DNA from: Bacillales bacterium
GTDB lineage: Bacteria; Bacillota; Bacilli; JARBTR01
Assembly (NCBI GenBank): GCA_029240105.1
Contig: JARBTR010000004.1
Coordinates: 78,620-142,619 of the forward strand
Direction: 5' to 3'
Length of the DNA stretch: 64,000 nucleotides
The translations under genes and the position numbers were made by a program. The notes beneath the pieces were generated by a model. The model was not told the origin of the DNA, ran no database searches, and saw only the letters and a program-made list of their open reading frames with translations. Within the stretch, counting starts at the first letter, position 1. Every line of letters starts with the position of its first letter. Positions 9,245 to 19,518 of this stretch are shown piece after piece.

Positions 9245-10951
9245 TTATTCTTTCACCAAAGCTAAAACTTCTTCTGCTGTACGACAGTTTAATGCTTTCG
9301 CAGCCAGCACTTCCATTTCAACCTTATTCATTTTCTTTATATTTGAACGTGATTTCAAAATTGAAGGGGCACTCATTGAGAATTCATCTAAACCCAAGCC
9401 TAGAAGAATTGGTTGAGCTAATTCTTCGCCAGCCATTTCACCACACATACCTGTCCATTTACCTTCAGCATGAGACGCGTCTATTACCATTTTAACTAAG
9501 CGTAATATTGCTGGGTTAAATGGCTGGTAAAGGTAAGAAACGGATTCATTCATACGGTCAGCAGCCATTGTGTATTGAATTAAATCGTTTGTTCCGATAC
9601 TGAAGAAATCAACTTCCTTTGCAAATTGATCGGCTAATATTGCAGTTGAAGGTATTTCAACCATAATACCGATTTCTATATTTTCAGCTACGGTTACACC
9701 TGAAGCAATTAAGTTTTCTTTTTCTTCCAAGTAAATGGCCTTACATGATCTGAACTCATCCAGTGTTGCAATCATAGGAAATAAGATTTTCAAGTTTCCA
9801 TAAGCACTCGCACGAAGTAATGCGCGGAGTTGTGGGCGGAACAAATCTTCCTTTAACAGACAAAGGCGGATAGCCCGAACTCCAAGAAACGGATTCATTT
9901 CCGTCTCCATTTCTAACCAAGGAAGCTTTTTATCGCCCCCTATATCCAATGTTCGAATAACAACTGGTTTACCTTTCATTCCTTCAAGAACTTTTTTATA
10001 AGCCTCAAATTGCTCATCTTCAGTCGGCAATTTTTCTGCTTCCATAAATAAGAATTCTGTTCGATACAAACCAATTCCTTCTGCTCCATTTGCAATAGCA
10101 AATTCAAGGTCAGAGGGAGAACCAATATTCGAAGCGAATTCTACTCGTTGACCATCAGCCGTGATTGTTGCTTCATTCACTAACTTCGCCCATTCGGCTT
10201 TTTTCATTTGGTACTCTTCAATTCTTTCTTGGAACTCAACAATCATTTCTTCCGATGGTTGCAAGTGAACCTTTCCACTAAATCCATCAAGAATTATTAA
10301 ATCTCCATGTTTGATTTTCTCAGTGGCTACCCCTGTTCCAACGACAGCGGGAATTTCAAGAGTACGAGCCATAATTGCAGAATGAGATGTTCGACCACCT
10401 ATATTTGTCGTGAAGCCCTTTACAAATTTTCGATTCAATTGCGCTGTATCTGAAGGTGTTAAATCCTCCGCAACAACAATTACTTCCTCATCAATTAAAC
10501 TGGGATCAGCCAAACGAACACCCAAAATATGAGATGTTAAACGCTTCGTAATATCCTTGATATCAGCCGCTCTTTCGCGAAGGTAAGGATCGTCCATAGT
10601 TTCAAACATACCCACATACATATTTGAAACTTGCTTTAACGCATAGGCAGCATTAGATTTCTCATCGCGGATACTGTTTTTTACTGCATCCGTCAACTCT
10701 GGATCGTTCAAGATTGTGATATGCGCATCAAAGATAAGCGCCTTTTCATCACCTTGTTCTTTTCTTACTTTTTCTCGTAAAAATTCCAGCTCAGTTTGAG
10801 TTGTCTTCATCGAGTTTACAAATAAAGTAATCTCCATTTCAACATCTTCAATACAATCCTCTGTAACTTCTAAAATAGGTTCAATCAAACGATATGCTTT
10901 TGCGATAGCAATACCATTTGATGCCGCAATCCCCTTAATGAAACTGTACAT
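9245..10951 (-). CDS. ptsI: PTS enzyme I (phosphoenolpyruvate-protein phosphotransferase)
   Basis: Full-length EI: [12 protein letters not shown] phospho-His region and the PEP-utilising C-terminal domain. Confidence 0.95.
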   Translation of the reverse strand: MYSFIKGIAASNGIAIAKAYRLIEPILEVTEDCIEDVEMEITLFVNSMKTTQTELEFLREKVRKEQGDEKALIFDAHITILNDPELTDAVKNSIRDEKSNAAYALKQVSNMYVGMFETMDDPYLRERAADIKDITKRLTSHILGVRLADPSLIDEEVIVVAEDLTPSDTAQLNRKFVKGFTTNIGGRTSHSAIMARTLEIPAVVGTGVATEKIKHGDLIILDGFSGKVHLQPSEEMIVEFQERIEEYQMKKAEWAKLVNEATITADGQRVEFASNIGSPSDLEFAIANGAEGIGLYRTEFLFMEAEKLPTEDEQFEAYKKVLEGMKGKPVVIRTLDIGGDKKLPWLEMETEMNPFLGVRAIRLCLLKEDLFRPQLRALLRASAYGNLKILFPMIATLDEFRSCKAIYLEEKENLIASGVTVAENIEIGIMVEIPSTAILADQFAKEVDFFSIGTNDLIQYTMAADRMNESVSYLYQPFNPAILRLVKMVIDASHAEGKWTGMCGEMAGEELAQPILLGLGLDEFSMSAPSILKSRSNIKKMNKVEMEVLAAKALNCRTAEEVLALVKE

Positions 10952-11214
10952 TAAATTAAACCTTCTTTAGTCATTGTAGTAACAATGCCTTCCATAGCCG
11001 CTTCTTCATCTGCACCATTAACTGTAATAGTCACATCTGCGCCTTTTCCAGCTCCTAAAGTCAATACAGCCATTATCGATTTTAAGTTGACCTCTTTACC
11101 TTTATAAGCTAATTTAATTTCTGATTGAAACTTACTTGCAGCCTGCACTAATAACGTTGCTGGTCTTGCATGAATGCCTGTTTCTGCGACTATATGAAAT
11201 TCTTTTTGTACCAT
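10951..11214 (-). CDS. ptsH: phosphocarrier protein HPr
   Basis: [20 protein letters not shown] (His15) and KSIM (Ser46) motifs. Confidence 0.95.
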   Translation of the reverse strand: MVQKEFHIVAETGIHARPATLLVQAASKFQSEIKLAYKGKEVNLKSIMAVLTLGAGKGADVTITVNGADEEAAMEGIVTTMTKEGLI

Positions 11215-11343
11215 GATTAAAATCTCCTTTTTTAAGCTCTTAAAAGTTAAATATCTCCATTTTTTGGTCCTGATTTCATAAAAGCATTAAGCGTTAACTT
11301 TAGAGTTTGTTTTATTAAGTAAAATGTATAAAAATACCTATTA

Positions 11344-11372
11344 ATTATCCGATTTTTGAAAATCAAAGTCAA
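11344..11372 (-). promoter_or_regulatory. candidate sigma-A promoter of ptsHI
   Basis: Minus strand reads TTGACT (11372-11367), 17-nt spacer, GATAAT (11349-11344). Confidence 0.4.
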
Positions 11373-11435
11373 TTTAAACAGGTTGAAAACTCCCATTTTC
11401 CTGTGTTTTTTCTACGCTTTTCGACACAAGTATAT

Positions 11436-11885
11436 CTATTTTTTTGTATTACTTAATTCTATTCTCTGAATCTTTCCATCAAGATTTATAGAAACTTCTA
11501 TTATTTCATCTTTATTTTCAAATGCACAATTCTGGCCAGATGATTTCAATGTAAATGATGTTGAAGTCAAACGTCCATCTATATCTCCGGAGTTTGATCC
11601 CCCCCCAGCACTGCTTTTATACGAAATATCAATGTGTCTAGATGAATTTAATTGGGATAAATCTCCTTTATAATTCACTTTCAACACTTTCTTAATATCA
11701 TTTTCATAACTTAATGTCCCATCTTTATCTTTAAATGTTTCAGTTCCAGTTACTTCAAACTGGGCAGTCCAATTTTCATTTTTTCCACTATAAACTTGGT
11801 TGATGATTGTTGTATCCTTCTTTGCATTCCAAAATGTAAGGATTACGATTATCGTAATAGTTAAAAAAGTAAAAAATTTTTTCAT
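11436..11885 (-). CDS. hypothetical secreted or membrane-anchored protein
   Basis: N-terminal signal/anchor MKKFFTFLTITIIVILTF. No family recognised. Confidence 0.4.
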   Translation of the reverse strand: MKKFFTFLTITIIVILTFWNAKKDTTIINQVYSGKNENWTAQFEVTGTETFKDKDGTLSYENDIKKVLKVNYKGDLSQLNSSRHIDISYKSSAGGGSNSGDIDGRLTSTSFTLKSSGQNCAFENKDEIIEVSINLDGKIQRIELSNTKK

Positions 11886-12305
11886 CTTATTTCCCCCAAG
11901 TTTACTACTTTATTTATCAAATTTAACATTATCCATTTTTATAAAAAGTCAACAAACAACAACAAGAGATTTAGGGTATAAATTAATTCCTTTATCATAT
12001 TAAATGCAAATCATGCTTCTAAATTGCATCTCATACCCTATATCTAAAAAAATGAATATTTCATTAATTAACTGTAATAATAGCAATTTTTTTACAATTC
12101 ATGTTAGGAAATGCATTTTTAATCTTTTTCACGGAAAAGTAAAAAGTACAAACCAAATTTACTGGTTTGTACTTTTTTAATACTATATCAAGTTCGTTTT
12201 TGCTTAAAGTAATGGATTCCCCTTCATATAAGTGGATGTTAGGTTTATATCGGCTGTTCGCCAATATTCTCCTAACTCCACTAAATGCTGGCAATCATTT
12301 ACTTG

Positions 12306-12333
12306 CTAAAAAACAGCCCCTAAGGGCTGTTTT
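12306..12333 (-). terminator. terminator after the oxidoreductase operon
   Basis: cagccc ctaa gggctg hairpin (12314-12329) flanked by A6 and T6. Sits immediately after the TAA stop. Confidence 0.65.
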
Positions 12334-14655
12334 TTAGAGTAATTTGTTAGAATGTTTTTCCTTTAACTTAATCCAACGACGTTCAATTTCTCGTTCGAAT
12401 TCATTTAACATGTTTTCGTTTTCAGGTTTGAGTAAGTGTTTCGATTTACCCATGAAACGCAACCATTCAGCCGCATCAACCTTTTTGTTTTTCGCTTCTG
12501 GATCGTAAGTTATCGTGGTGATACCTTGCTCGATTTCATAAAGCGGGAAGAAGTTGCAGTTTACAGCCGCTTCCAATAAAGTTTGACCGTATTTTTCTTC
12601 TGATTTCCAGTTTAATGGACAAGTGATTAACATTTTTCCGTAAACAGTTCCAACGTTTTGTGCATACCATTGTGCTTTTGCAGCTTTTTTCAAGACATCT
12701 TGAGGGAAAGCTTCTGAAGCAGTAAATACATAAGGAATATTACATGCTGCCATAATCTGAGCAGTATCCTTGTGATGGAACGTTTTCCCTTGTTGCGTTT
12801 TACCAATAGAAGTCGTTGATGTCAAATGACCAAGTGGTGTAGAATACGACATTTGTGATCCTGTATTCATATAACCTTCATTATCGTATTCAAGCATAAT
12901 AAGCTTGTGACCACGTAAAGCAGTACCAATAGCTGAACCCATACCAATGTCCATACCGCCATCACCCGTTACCATAATAAATGTTGCATCATCAGATACA
13001 TTTACTTCACCACGGCGTTTTAACTCCATAAATGCTTCTAAAGTTCCTGATAATGTAGCTGGACCATTTTGGAATAGGTTATGGATAAAGTTTTGCTTGT
13101 GAGAACTATAAGGATAAGCTGACGAAACAACATAACCACAGCCTGTGTGGAACAGAACAACGATATCCCCTTCTATTCCTTTGAAGAACAATTCAAGCGC
13201 CGGGAAGATCCCACAACCTGGACAAGCACCGTGACCCGATGCAATTCTTTTTGGTTTATTCATCAACTGACGAATTGGAGGCACTTTTACATTTAGTAAG
13301 CCTGTTTCTTCGTTTTGAGTTACATGAATTAATCCAGATTTATAAACATCACCGTGTTGAGCTTCAATCACTGGAGTATTTATTAAATTTTCAGTTGCCA
13401 AACCAGGATTTACACCATAGTAGTCAAATGGTTTTTCTGCAAAACCCTTTTCCATTGTTTCAAGAGCTAATTCAAAAAATGCATGCGCATCATCTGGGAA
13501 GAAGTCTTTACCACCGAAACCAAATACACGATTTACTACGATTGTTTCAGTGTTGCGAGCATCTTGTAACAATGCTTTAATTTCATTACCTAGCGGAGCA
13601 CCATGTGAACCATAAGAATCTGCTCTCTCACCAACAATTAGAACCTTAACTCCTTTTAGCGCTTCCAAAACTTCTGCACGTGGGAATGGACGAATATAGT
13701 TTGGACTAATAATACCCGCTTTTACACCTTTTGCACGTAGTTCATCCACTGCGATTTTTGCTGTTTCAGCAGCTGAGTTAAGCGCAAAGAATGCTACTTC
13801 TGCATCGTCCATATGGTAGAGTTCCAATGCATCATAGTGACGGCCGGAGATTTCTGCATATTCTGCTGCAACTTTTTTATACACTGCATCAGCAGCATAC
13901 ATTGCTTCCGATTGTTGGAATTTGTTATTAAAGAAATCATTTCCATCCATATGTGCACCAATTGAAATTGGTTTTGATAAATCACGAATTTGCGGAAAGT
14001 TAGTTGGCGCTTCCCCAACGAAGTCTTGCACAACTTTACGATCTTTGAAGTAATTTACTTTACGTTTTTGGTGTGATGTAAAGTAACCATCATACGCCAC
14101 AATAACTGGCAAACGGACTTCTGAGTCTTCAGCAATTCTTAGTGCCATGATGTTTTTATCATAAACCTCTTGAGGTGTTCTTGCAGTAAGGATAACCCAA
14201 CCAGTATTTAATGCATAGTAGAGATCAGAGTGATCGCCACGAATATCAAGTGGACCAGATACAGAACGTGTTACCAGGTTCAATACCATTGGAAAGCGCG
14301 TTCCCGATTGAACCGGCATTTGTTCAAGCATATATAGAAAACCATTTGCAGAAGTTGCATTTATGACACGAGCACCTGTTACAGCAGCACCGTAACAAAT
14401 ACCAGACGAACCATGTTCACCATCAGCTGCAATTAATTTAATATCATGCTCGCCGCGCGCTTTCATCATATCAAGATATTGCGCTACTTCTGTTGATGGA
14501 GATATTGGGAAATAGCCCATGATATGATAATTTATTTGTGCAGCAGCCATGGCTGCCATTTCATTTCCTGATTCAAACGTTAAAATCTGTTCAGCTACTT
14601 TGTTTCCTGTTTCAGGAGTAAGTACCTGCTCAGCTACTTTAGAATTATTTGTCAT
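12334..14655 (-). CDS. 2-oxoacid (pyruvate):ferredoxin oxidoreductase, fused alpha/beta (TPP-binding) subunit
   Basis: 773 aa. TPP motif VTGDGGMDIGMGSAIG...EYDNEGYMNTG. Start overlaps the stop of the gamma/delta gene. Confidence 0.8.
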   Translation of the reverse strand: MTNNSKVAEQVLTPETGNKVAEQILTFESGNEMAAMAAAQINYHIMGYFPISPSTEVAQYLDMMKARGEHDIKLIAADGEHGSSGICYGAAVTGARVINATSANGFLYMLEQMPVQSGTRFPMVLNLVTRSVSGPLDIRGDHSDLYYALNTGWVILTARTPQEVYDKNIMALRIAEDSEVRLPVIVAYDGYFTSHQKRKVNYFKDRKVVQDFVGEAPTNFPQIRDLSKPISIGAHMDGNDFFNNKFQQSEAMYAADAVYKKVAAEYAEISGRHYDALELYHMDDAEVAFFALNSAAETAKIAVDELRAKGVKAGIISPNYIRPFPRAEVLEALKGVKVLIVGERADSYGSHGAPLGNEIKALLQDARNTETIVVNRVFGFGGKDFFPDDAHAFFELALETMEKGFAEKPFDYYGVNPGLATENLINTPVIEAQHGDVYKSGLIHVTQNEETGLLNVKVPPIRQLMNKPKRIASGHGACPGCGIFPALELFFKGIEGDIVVLFHTGCGYVVSSAYPYSSHKQNFIHNLFQNGPATLSGTLEAFMELKRRGEVNVSDDATFIMVTGDGGMDIGMGSAIGTALRGHKLIMLEYDNEGYMNTGSQMSYSTPLGHLTSTTSIGKTQQGKTFHHKDTAQIMAACNIPYVFTASEAFPQDVLKKAAKAQWYAQNVGTVYGKMLITCPLNWKSEEKYGQTLLEAAVNCNFFPLYEIEQGITTITYDPEAKNKKVDAAEWLRFMGKSKHLLKPENENMLNEFEREIERRWIKLKEKHSNKLL

Positions 14656-15698
14656 TATTTCGCACCTCCATTTACATATGGAAAGTTATGTTTTACTGTG
14701 TGTTTATCTGCATAACCGAATATTTCACGCATTTCTTGAAGTGCATCAGTCGGACAAGCCGTTACGCATTTTAGGCAACCTTTACAGTATTGGTAATCGA
14801 TTCCTTTTAACATCATTTGTGGTCGACCCTTTTTATCAAGCTCTTCAACCCATACAAAGCAAAAGTCAGGACAAGCAGAATCACACGCAGCACAATGGAT
14901 ACACTTATCAGCTTTATATTCCGGTAAAAACCCTTGACGTGAGCTTGAAAGATCCTTCTTCAAACTATTCGCTTGAGCAGTAATAACCCCACCCATTATT
15001 TGTGTTTTATAACCAAGACCTGGCACTACTCGTTTAAATTCTTTTAACCCATCCCCAGTAGGATCTTCATATGTGATCATTTTCACTTCGTTATACCCTC
15101 GATCAAAAGTTCGCAGGTTAGGTTCTACAAAATGAGGATATTTCTTTTCAAACGTTTTTCGAATGACTTCTCTCATTGAATCTGGGTTTAAGAAGTCAAT
15201 TACACGGTACAAAGCACCTAACATCGCAGTGTTTAATTTTGTTTTTTCTTCTACTGAAATTCCTAAGGCATCAACTATTGCCAATGTTCCATGCGTTATA
15301 TTTAAATCTTTTTTTATATCTTCAAAATCACGTGTTGAATTTACTAGGATGATTCCACCAGGAAGCAAACCACTAGTTACATCCAATGTTTTATAAAGAG
15401 CTTCATGGAATACACCTATAACATTAGGTTGCTCGATAGGTGAATGATCACGAATGACTACATCATCATCACTCCATCGAATGAAGCTTTTTACTGGTGA
15501 ACCTTTCTTTTCAGAACCATAGGACGAGAAATTCGCCCCATTAAAGCCATGTCCCATAACACCTGACTCTGCTAACATTTTGCCCGCTAAGTTTGCTCCC
15601 AAACCACCGATTGATTCGAGACGAATTTCAAACAGGCCATTCGAATTTTTTATAGGTAATTTTGCCATTTCATTCACCCTTTTCAACGAGCCCTTCAC
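14655..15698 (-). CDS. 2-oxoacid:ferredoxin oxidoreductase gamma subunit fused to a 2x[4Fe-4S] delta domain
   Basis: N-terminal gamma domain (GGLGANLAGKML). C-terminal CIHCAACDSACP and CKGCLKCVTACP ferredoxin motifs. Confidence 0.8.
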   Translation of the reverse strand: MKGSLKRVNEMAKLPIKNSNGLFEIRLESIGGLGANLAGKMLAESGVMGHGFNGANFSSYGSEKKGSPVKSFIRWSDDDVVIRDHSPIEQPNVIGVFHEALYKTLDVTSGLLPGGIILVNSTRDFEDIKKDLNITHGTLAIVDALGISVEEKTKLNTAMLGALYRVIDFLNPDSMREVIRKTFEKKYPHFVEPNLRTFDRGYNEVKMITYEDPTGDGLKEFKRVVPGLGYKTQIMGGVITAQANSLKKDLSSSRQGFLPEYKADKCIHCAACDSACPDFCFVWVEELDKKGRPQMMLKGIDYQYCKGCLKCVTACPTDALQEMREIFGYADKHTVKHNFPYVNGGAK

Positions 15699-15992
15699 TT
15701 TTCGAAGTACTCTTAATTTATAAACATTCTAATCTTACAAAACCATCACATTTCTGACTGTGACAAAAATCAAACAGAAACTGATGATTATATAGTACAG
15801 TTTACATCTTTTATATGTGCTTTCTTAGAATTTCAGGAGTTTTTTTACTAGTACAGTTTGGGGTTTCTTATTATACAGAAGCTATGCTAAAAAACTACAG
15901 TTATGATTTTTATAATTAACAAATGATTAAAAATGATTAGAAGGTGGCTTTTATGTTAAATTAGTAAAGAGAAAAAATTGTGAGGAAATAGA

Positions 15993-17735
15993 ATGAAAAT
16001 TATTGGCACAACTCTTAATGCAAAATACATCCATACAAATTTAGCACTTCGATTTTTGAAATCTTATGCTGCACCAGAGTTTCAAGTTGAGATTGTTGAA
16101 TTCACAATAAAAGATCCAGTACTCCATGTCGTAACAGAACTAGCAAAATGTAAACCTGATATTATCGGTTTTTCCTGTTACATATGGAACATAGAAGAAA
16201 CTCGAAAAATAGCTACTTTATTAAAAAAAATACTTCCGAATACAATTATAGTTCTTGGTGGCCCTGAGGTGACTTTTAACGCAGCAGAACACCTAAAGAA
16301 AATTCCAGCAATCGATTGCATTGTTATTGGTGAAGGCGAAGCAACTTTTAAAGAACTTCTTTATAAAATTCAGGCAGGTTCAGCCTGGGATGATGTATAC
16401 GGCCTTGCATGGCGTAAGGGTAATGAATTCGTTATTAACACACCACGAGAAAAAATAGATTTGCAGTCTTTAAAATCAGCTTATCGATTCGATGAAGACT
16501 TACCTAATTTAAGTAAACGGATTACCTATTATGAAACCTCAAGAGGTTGTCCTTTTAATTGTCAATTCTGTCTATCATCAACGGAAATTGGTGTTCGATA
16601 TTTTAACCGGGAGCAAGCGAAAGCGGACTTAAAATTTTTAATTGAAAACGGTGCGAAAACAATTAAGTTCATGGACCGTACCTTTAATATCAGTCGAAGC
16701 TACGCTATGGATATCTTTGAATTTCTAATTGCTAATCATACCCCTGGCATGAGTATTCAATTCGAAATAACAGCAGATATTATGCGACCTGAAGTTATCG
16801 AGTATCTAAATGAGAATGCACCAGCTGGTTTATTCCGCTTTGAAATTGGTGTTCAATCAACTAATGACAATACAAATGCTTTAGTCAACCGAAAGCAGAA
16901 CTTCGATAAATTGAAACGAATTGTTACATTAATAAAAGAAGGCGGTAAAATTGACCAACATCTTGACCTAATTGCGGGTTTACCTGAAGAGGATTACGAT
17001 TCTTTCCGTAAAACATTTAACGATGTATTTGAACTTCGTCCAGAAGAATTGCAATTGGGATTTTTAAAAATGCTAAATGGCACTGGATTGACTAGAGACG
17101 CAGAGAAGTATGGCTATAAAGCTATGGATGAACCACCATACGAAATGGTCTCAAATGATGTATTGCCATTTGAAGATGTCATCCATATCAAACAGGTAGA
17201 AGATGTATTGGAAAAATATTGGAATGATCACAGAATGGATTTAAGTATCGAATATCTAGTAAGAAATGTATTCGAAACTCCTTTTGACTTTTTTCAATCA
17301 TTCGGAACCTATTGGGATGAACGTGGTTGGTCACGAATCGGACATCAATTAGAGGATTTGTTCAGGAGACTAGTTGAATTTATGGAAGCGACACATCCAA
17401 AAAAACTTCCCAACTTATTAAATATTTTAAAATTTGATTATCTATCACGCCAAACCTATAAACCACGTAGTGCTTGGTGGGGCCATGAATTATCAAAGGA
17501 AGAAAAAAATACGATCTACTACACAATTCTTGAAAATCCACAACTTGTAGGAGAAGAATATAGAGCTCTAAGACTCAATGAAAAAGATTTATTTAAACAT
17601 ACTTTGCTAGAAAGACTTTCAATAGATATAGATACCTATCAAGTAAATTATGAAATCATTCAAAAGGAACAAAATCTACTGATTTATTTTGATCCCGAAA
17701 CACGCAACACAAGGACTTTTCTATTTAGTTTGTAA
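15993..17735 (+). CDS. B12-binding-domain radical SAM protein with DUF4080-type C-terminus
   Basis: CPFNCQFC (CxxxCxxC) cluster motif after an N-terminal B12-binding-like domain. Confidence 0.8.
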   Translation: MKIIGTTLNAKYIHTNLALRFLKSYAAPEFQVEIVEFTIKDPVLHVVTELAKCKPDIIGFSCYIWNIEETRKIATLLKKILPNTIIVLGGPEVTFNAAEHLKKIPAIDCIVIGEGEATFKELLYKIQAGSAWDDVYGLAWRKGNEFVINTPREKIDLQSLKSAYRFDEDLPNLSKRITYYETSRGCPFNCQFCLSSTEIGVRYFNREQAKADLKFLIENGAKTIKFMDRTFNISRSYAMDIFEFLIANHTPGMSIQFEITADIMRPEVIEYLNENAPAGLFRFEIGVQSTNDNTNALVNRKQNFDKLKRIVTLIKEGGKIDQHLDLIAGLPEEDYDSFRKTFNDVFELRPEELQLGFLKMLNGTGLTRDAEKYGYKAMDEPPYEMVSNDVLPFEDVIHIKQVEDVLEKYWNDHRMDLSIEYLVRNVFETPFDFFQSFGTYWDERGWSRIGHQLEDLFRRLVEFMEATHPKKLPNLLNILKFDYLSRQTYKPRSAWWGHELSKEEKNTIYYTILENPQLVGEEYRALRLNEKDLFKHTLLERLSIDIDTYQVNYEIIQKEQNLLIYFDPETRNTRTFLFSL

Positions 17736-17942
17736 CTATTTTTTATAAACTAAAAATTAACTCAGCAAAAGAAAAAAACCAGTTCTCAACTAAAATGTTT
17801 CCCAATTGATGGACAAAGTAGAGTCCATTAATTGGGATATTTTAATAAAAACTGGGTCTTCAATTATAGAGTGTTCTTCAATAGCAACGAATTATGTACA
17901 ACTTCAGCTAATAAAATAGAAGTGTTTTATAAAATTTTAAAA

Positions 17943-18875
17943 TCATGTCAAAACACAGATAACTTCTTTAACGCTTTTCGCTGATTTTTCAAGTGCAACT
18001 TTTTCCTCAGGCAATAGGTCTAGTTCAATAATTCGCTCAATTCCATTTACCCCAATTACAGTAGGGACACCTAAATAAAGATCATCAAAACCATATTCGC
18101 CTTCTAAATAAGCAGATGCAGGGAACACACGACGTTGATCTTTTAGTATCGCCTCAACGATTTCCAGTAACGCTGCTGACGGAGCATAATATGCGCTTCC
18201 ATTCCCTAAAAGATTAACAATTTCGCCACCACCTTTTCGAGTACGCTCAACAATGGCATCAATGCGATTCTTTGGTATTAGTTTTTCAATGGGGATCCCA
18301 CCAGCAAATGAATAACGAACTAATGGAACCATATCATCACCATGACCACCAAGAACAAATCCAGTAATATCCTTCACCGACATATTTATTTCTTGTGCAA
18401 TGAAAGTACGAAAACGGGCAGAGTCAAGAATACCTGACTGACCAAAAACACGATTTTTTGGGAAACCTGAATTTTTATAAACAGCAAAAGTCATTGCGTC
18501 AACTGGATTTGTCAATACGACAATGATACACTTCGGCGAATAGTGTACAACTTGCTTTGTAACTTCCTCAACAATTTTTTGGTTTGTTTGTATCAAGTCA
18601 TCTCGACTCATTCCAGGCTTTCGTGCAATTCCCGCTGTAATAATAACGACATGTGAATTGGCAGTATCCGAGAAATCACTTGTTCCACATACTTTAGAAT
18701 CTGATTGAAGAACAGGCATCGATTCTAAAATATCCAATGCCTTTCCCAATGTAGGATTTTCAAGGTCAGGAATATCCAACAGAACAACATCACATAATTC
18801 CTTTTGAGCAAGTAAAAATGCTGTTGTAGCTCCTGTATATCCCGCTCCTATAATAGAAATTTTTTTACGTATCAT
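17943..18875 (-). CDS. mdh: malate dehydrogenase (LDH-like MDH family)
   Basis: [14 protein letters not shown] Rossmann motif. [13 protein letters not shown] carries Arg at the substrate-specificity position. Confidence 0.9.
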   Translation of the reverse strand: MIRKKISIIGAGYTGATTAFLLAQKELCDVVLLDIPDLENPTLGKALDILESMPVLQSDSKVCGTSDFSDTANSHVVIITAGIARKPGMSRDDLIQTNQKIVEEVTKQVVHYSPKCIIVVLTNPVDAMTFAVYKNSGFPKNRVFGQSGILDSARFRTFIAQEINMSVKDITGFVLGGHGDDMVPLVRYSFAGGIPIEKLIPKNRIDAIVERTRKGGGEIVNLLGNGSAYYAPSAALLEIVEAILKDQRRVFPASAYLEGEYGFDDLYLGVPTVIGVNGIERIIELDLLPEEKVALEKSAKSVKEVICVLT

Positions 18876-19042
18876 TTTTCACCCCTATTCTTACAACTAA
18901 TTTAATATTTTATTTTATTTTTAGGACTATTATTATACCTTTACAAAGAATACAAACTAATTGTTTTCAAAATAATTCATTAAAATTACATCAGGTTTTC
19001 ATGAGGCTGTCATAATGACAATCCAAGGACATGTATATACTT

Positions 19043-19063
19043 AAAAAAAACCAGTAAACTGGT
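19043..19063 (-). terminator. weak terminator-like hairpin + U8 at the left end of foldback element copy 1
   Basis: ccagtaaactgg (19051-19062) followed on the minus strand by T8 (19050-19043). The stem is only 4-5 bp. Confidence 0.35.
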
Positions 19064-19512
19064 CTTTTTAAAACATTTGAGCAGATTTCTTGGATGAATT
19101 CCCGCAGAGCTTTCCTGTGGGTGAGCACCTGAGCCTAAGGTGATGGGAGTCGAACCCATAGGGTTTAAACGTTGTGATTTCACTGCTCTCGTTGTTCTCG
19201 TCGGGCGCAATATACTCGATATTACTTCCACCTCGGCCAAGATAGCAATGAAATCACTTTGATTAAACTCAAAGACCTTTTCTTGTTTCTTTCGAAGCAA
19301 GTCAAGGCAGAAGTGACGAAGCGTATCGAACATACGCTAGGAACCTCTAACACAGAATTGCAAAGATAGAAACAGGAAAAGGCCTATGGGTTCGACTCCC
19401 ATTACCTTAAGGTCTCAGGCACCCACTTTCCCACGGGAGTCCTGCGGGTTTCATTGCCAAAAAATCCATATTGTTCATCCTTCTAAAGCTTCTGGTAACA
19501 ATAGTTGAGGCC
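19051..19512. repeat. GC-rich foldback element, copy 1 (candidate ~465-nt ncRNA or MITE-like repeat)
   Basis: Aligns without gaps to 32245-32706 (37 differences in 462 positions, hand count). Internal inverted-repeat arms at 19087-19163 and 19383-19466. About 45% GC by hand count. Confidence 0.85.
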
Positions 19513-19518
19513 AAAAAA

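Noticed and set aside
12064-12294. 76-aa minus-strand ORF between the hypothetical secreted protein gene and the POR operon.
   Set aside because: It spans a 13-bp terminator-type hairpin (aaaagtacaaacc/ggtttgtactttt, 12139-12178), has no SD and has low-complexity composition. It is most likely spacer.
19010-19333. 107-aa minus-strand ORF inside foldback element copy 1. Related ORFs in copy 2 are 32207..32404 (65 aa, minus) and 32477..32680 (67 aa, plus).
   Set aside because: The reading frames are not maintained between the two 92%-identical copies. The copy 1 ORF is stopped after 15 codons in copy 2, and the copy 2 + strand ORF hits TAG in copy 1. Starts and ends differ, the composition is Arg/Pro/Ser/Thr-rich as expected from translating GC-rich structured DNA, and there is no convincing SD.
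19383-19408. Possible tRNA or tRNA pseudogene, because of the GGGTTCGACTCCC T-arm-like hairpin.
   Set aside because: No acceptor stem, D-arm or anticodon arm can be drawn around it. The complementary partner of the flanking sequence is the other arm about 220 nt away, and the stem's outer pairs are lost in copy 2.
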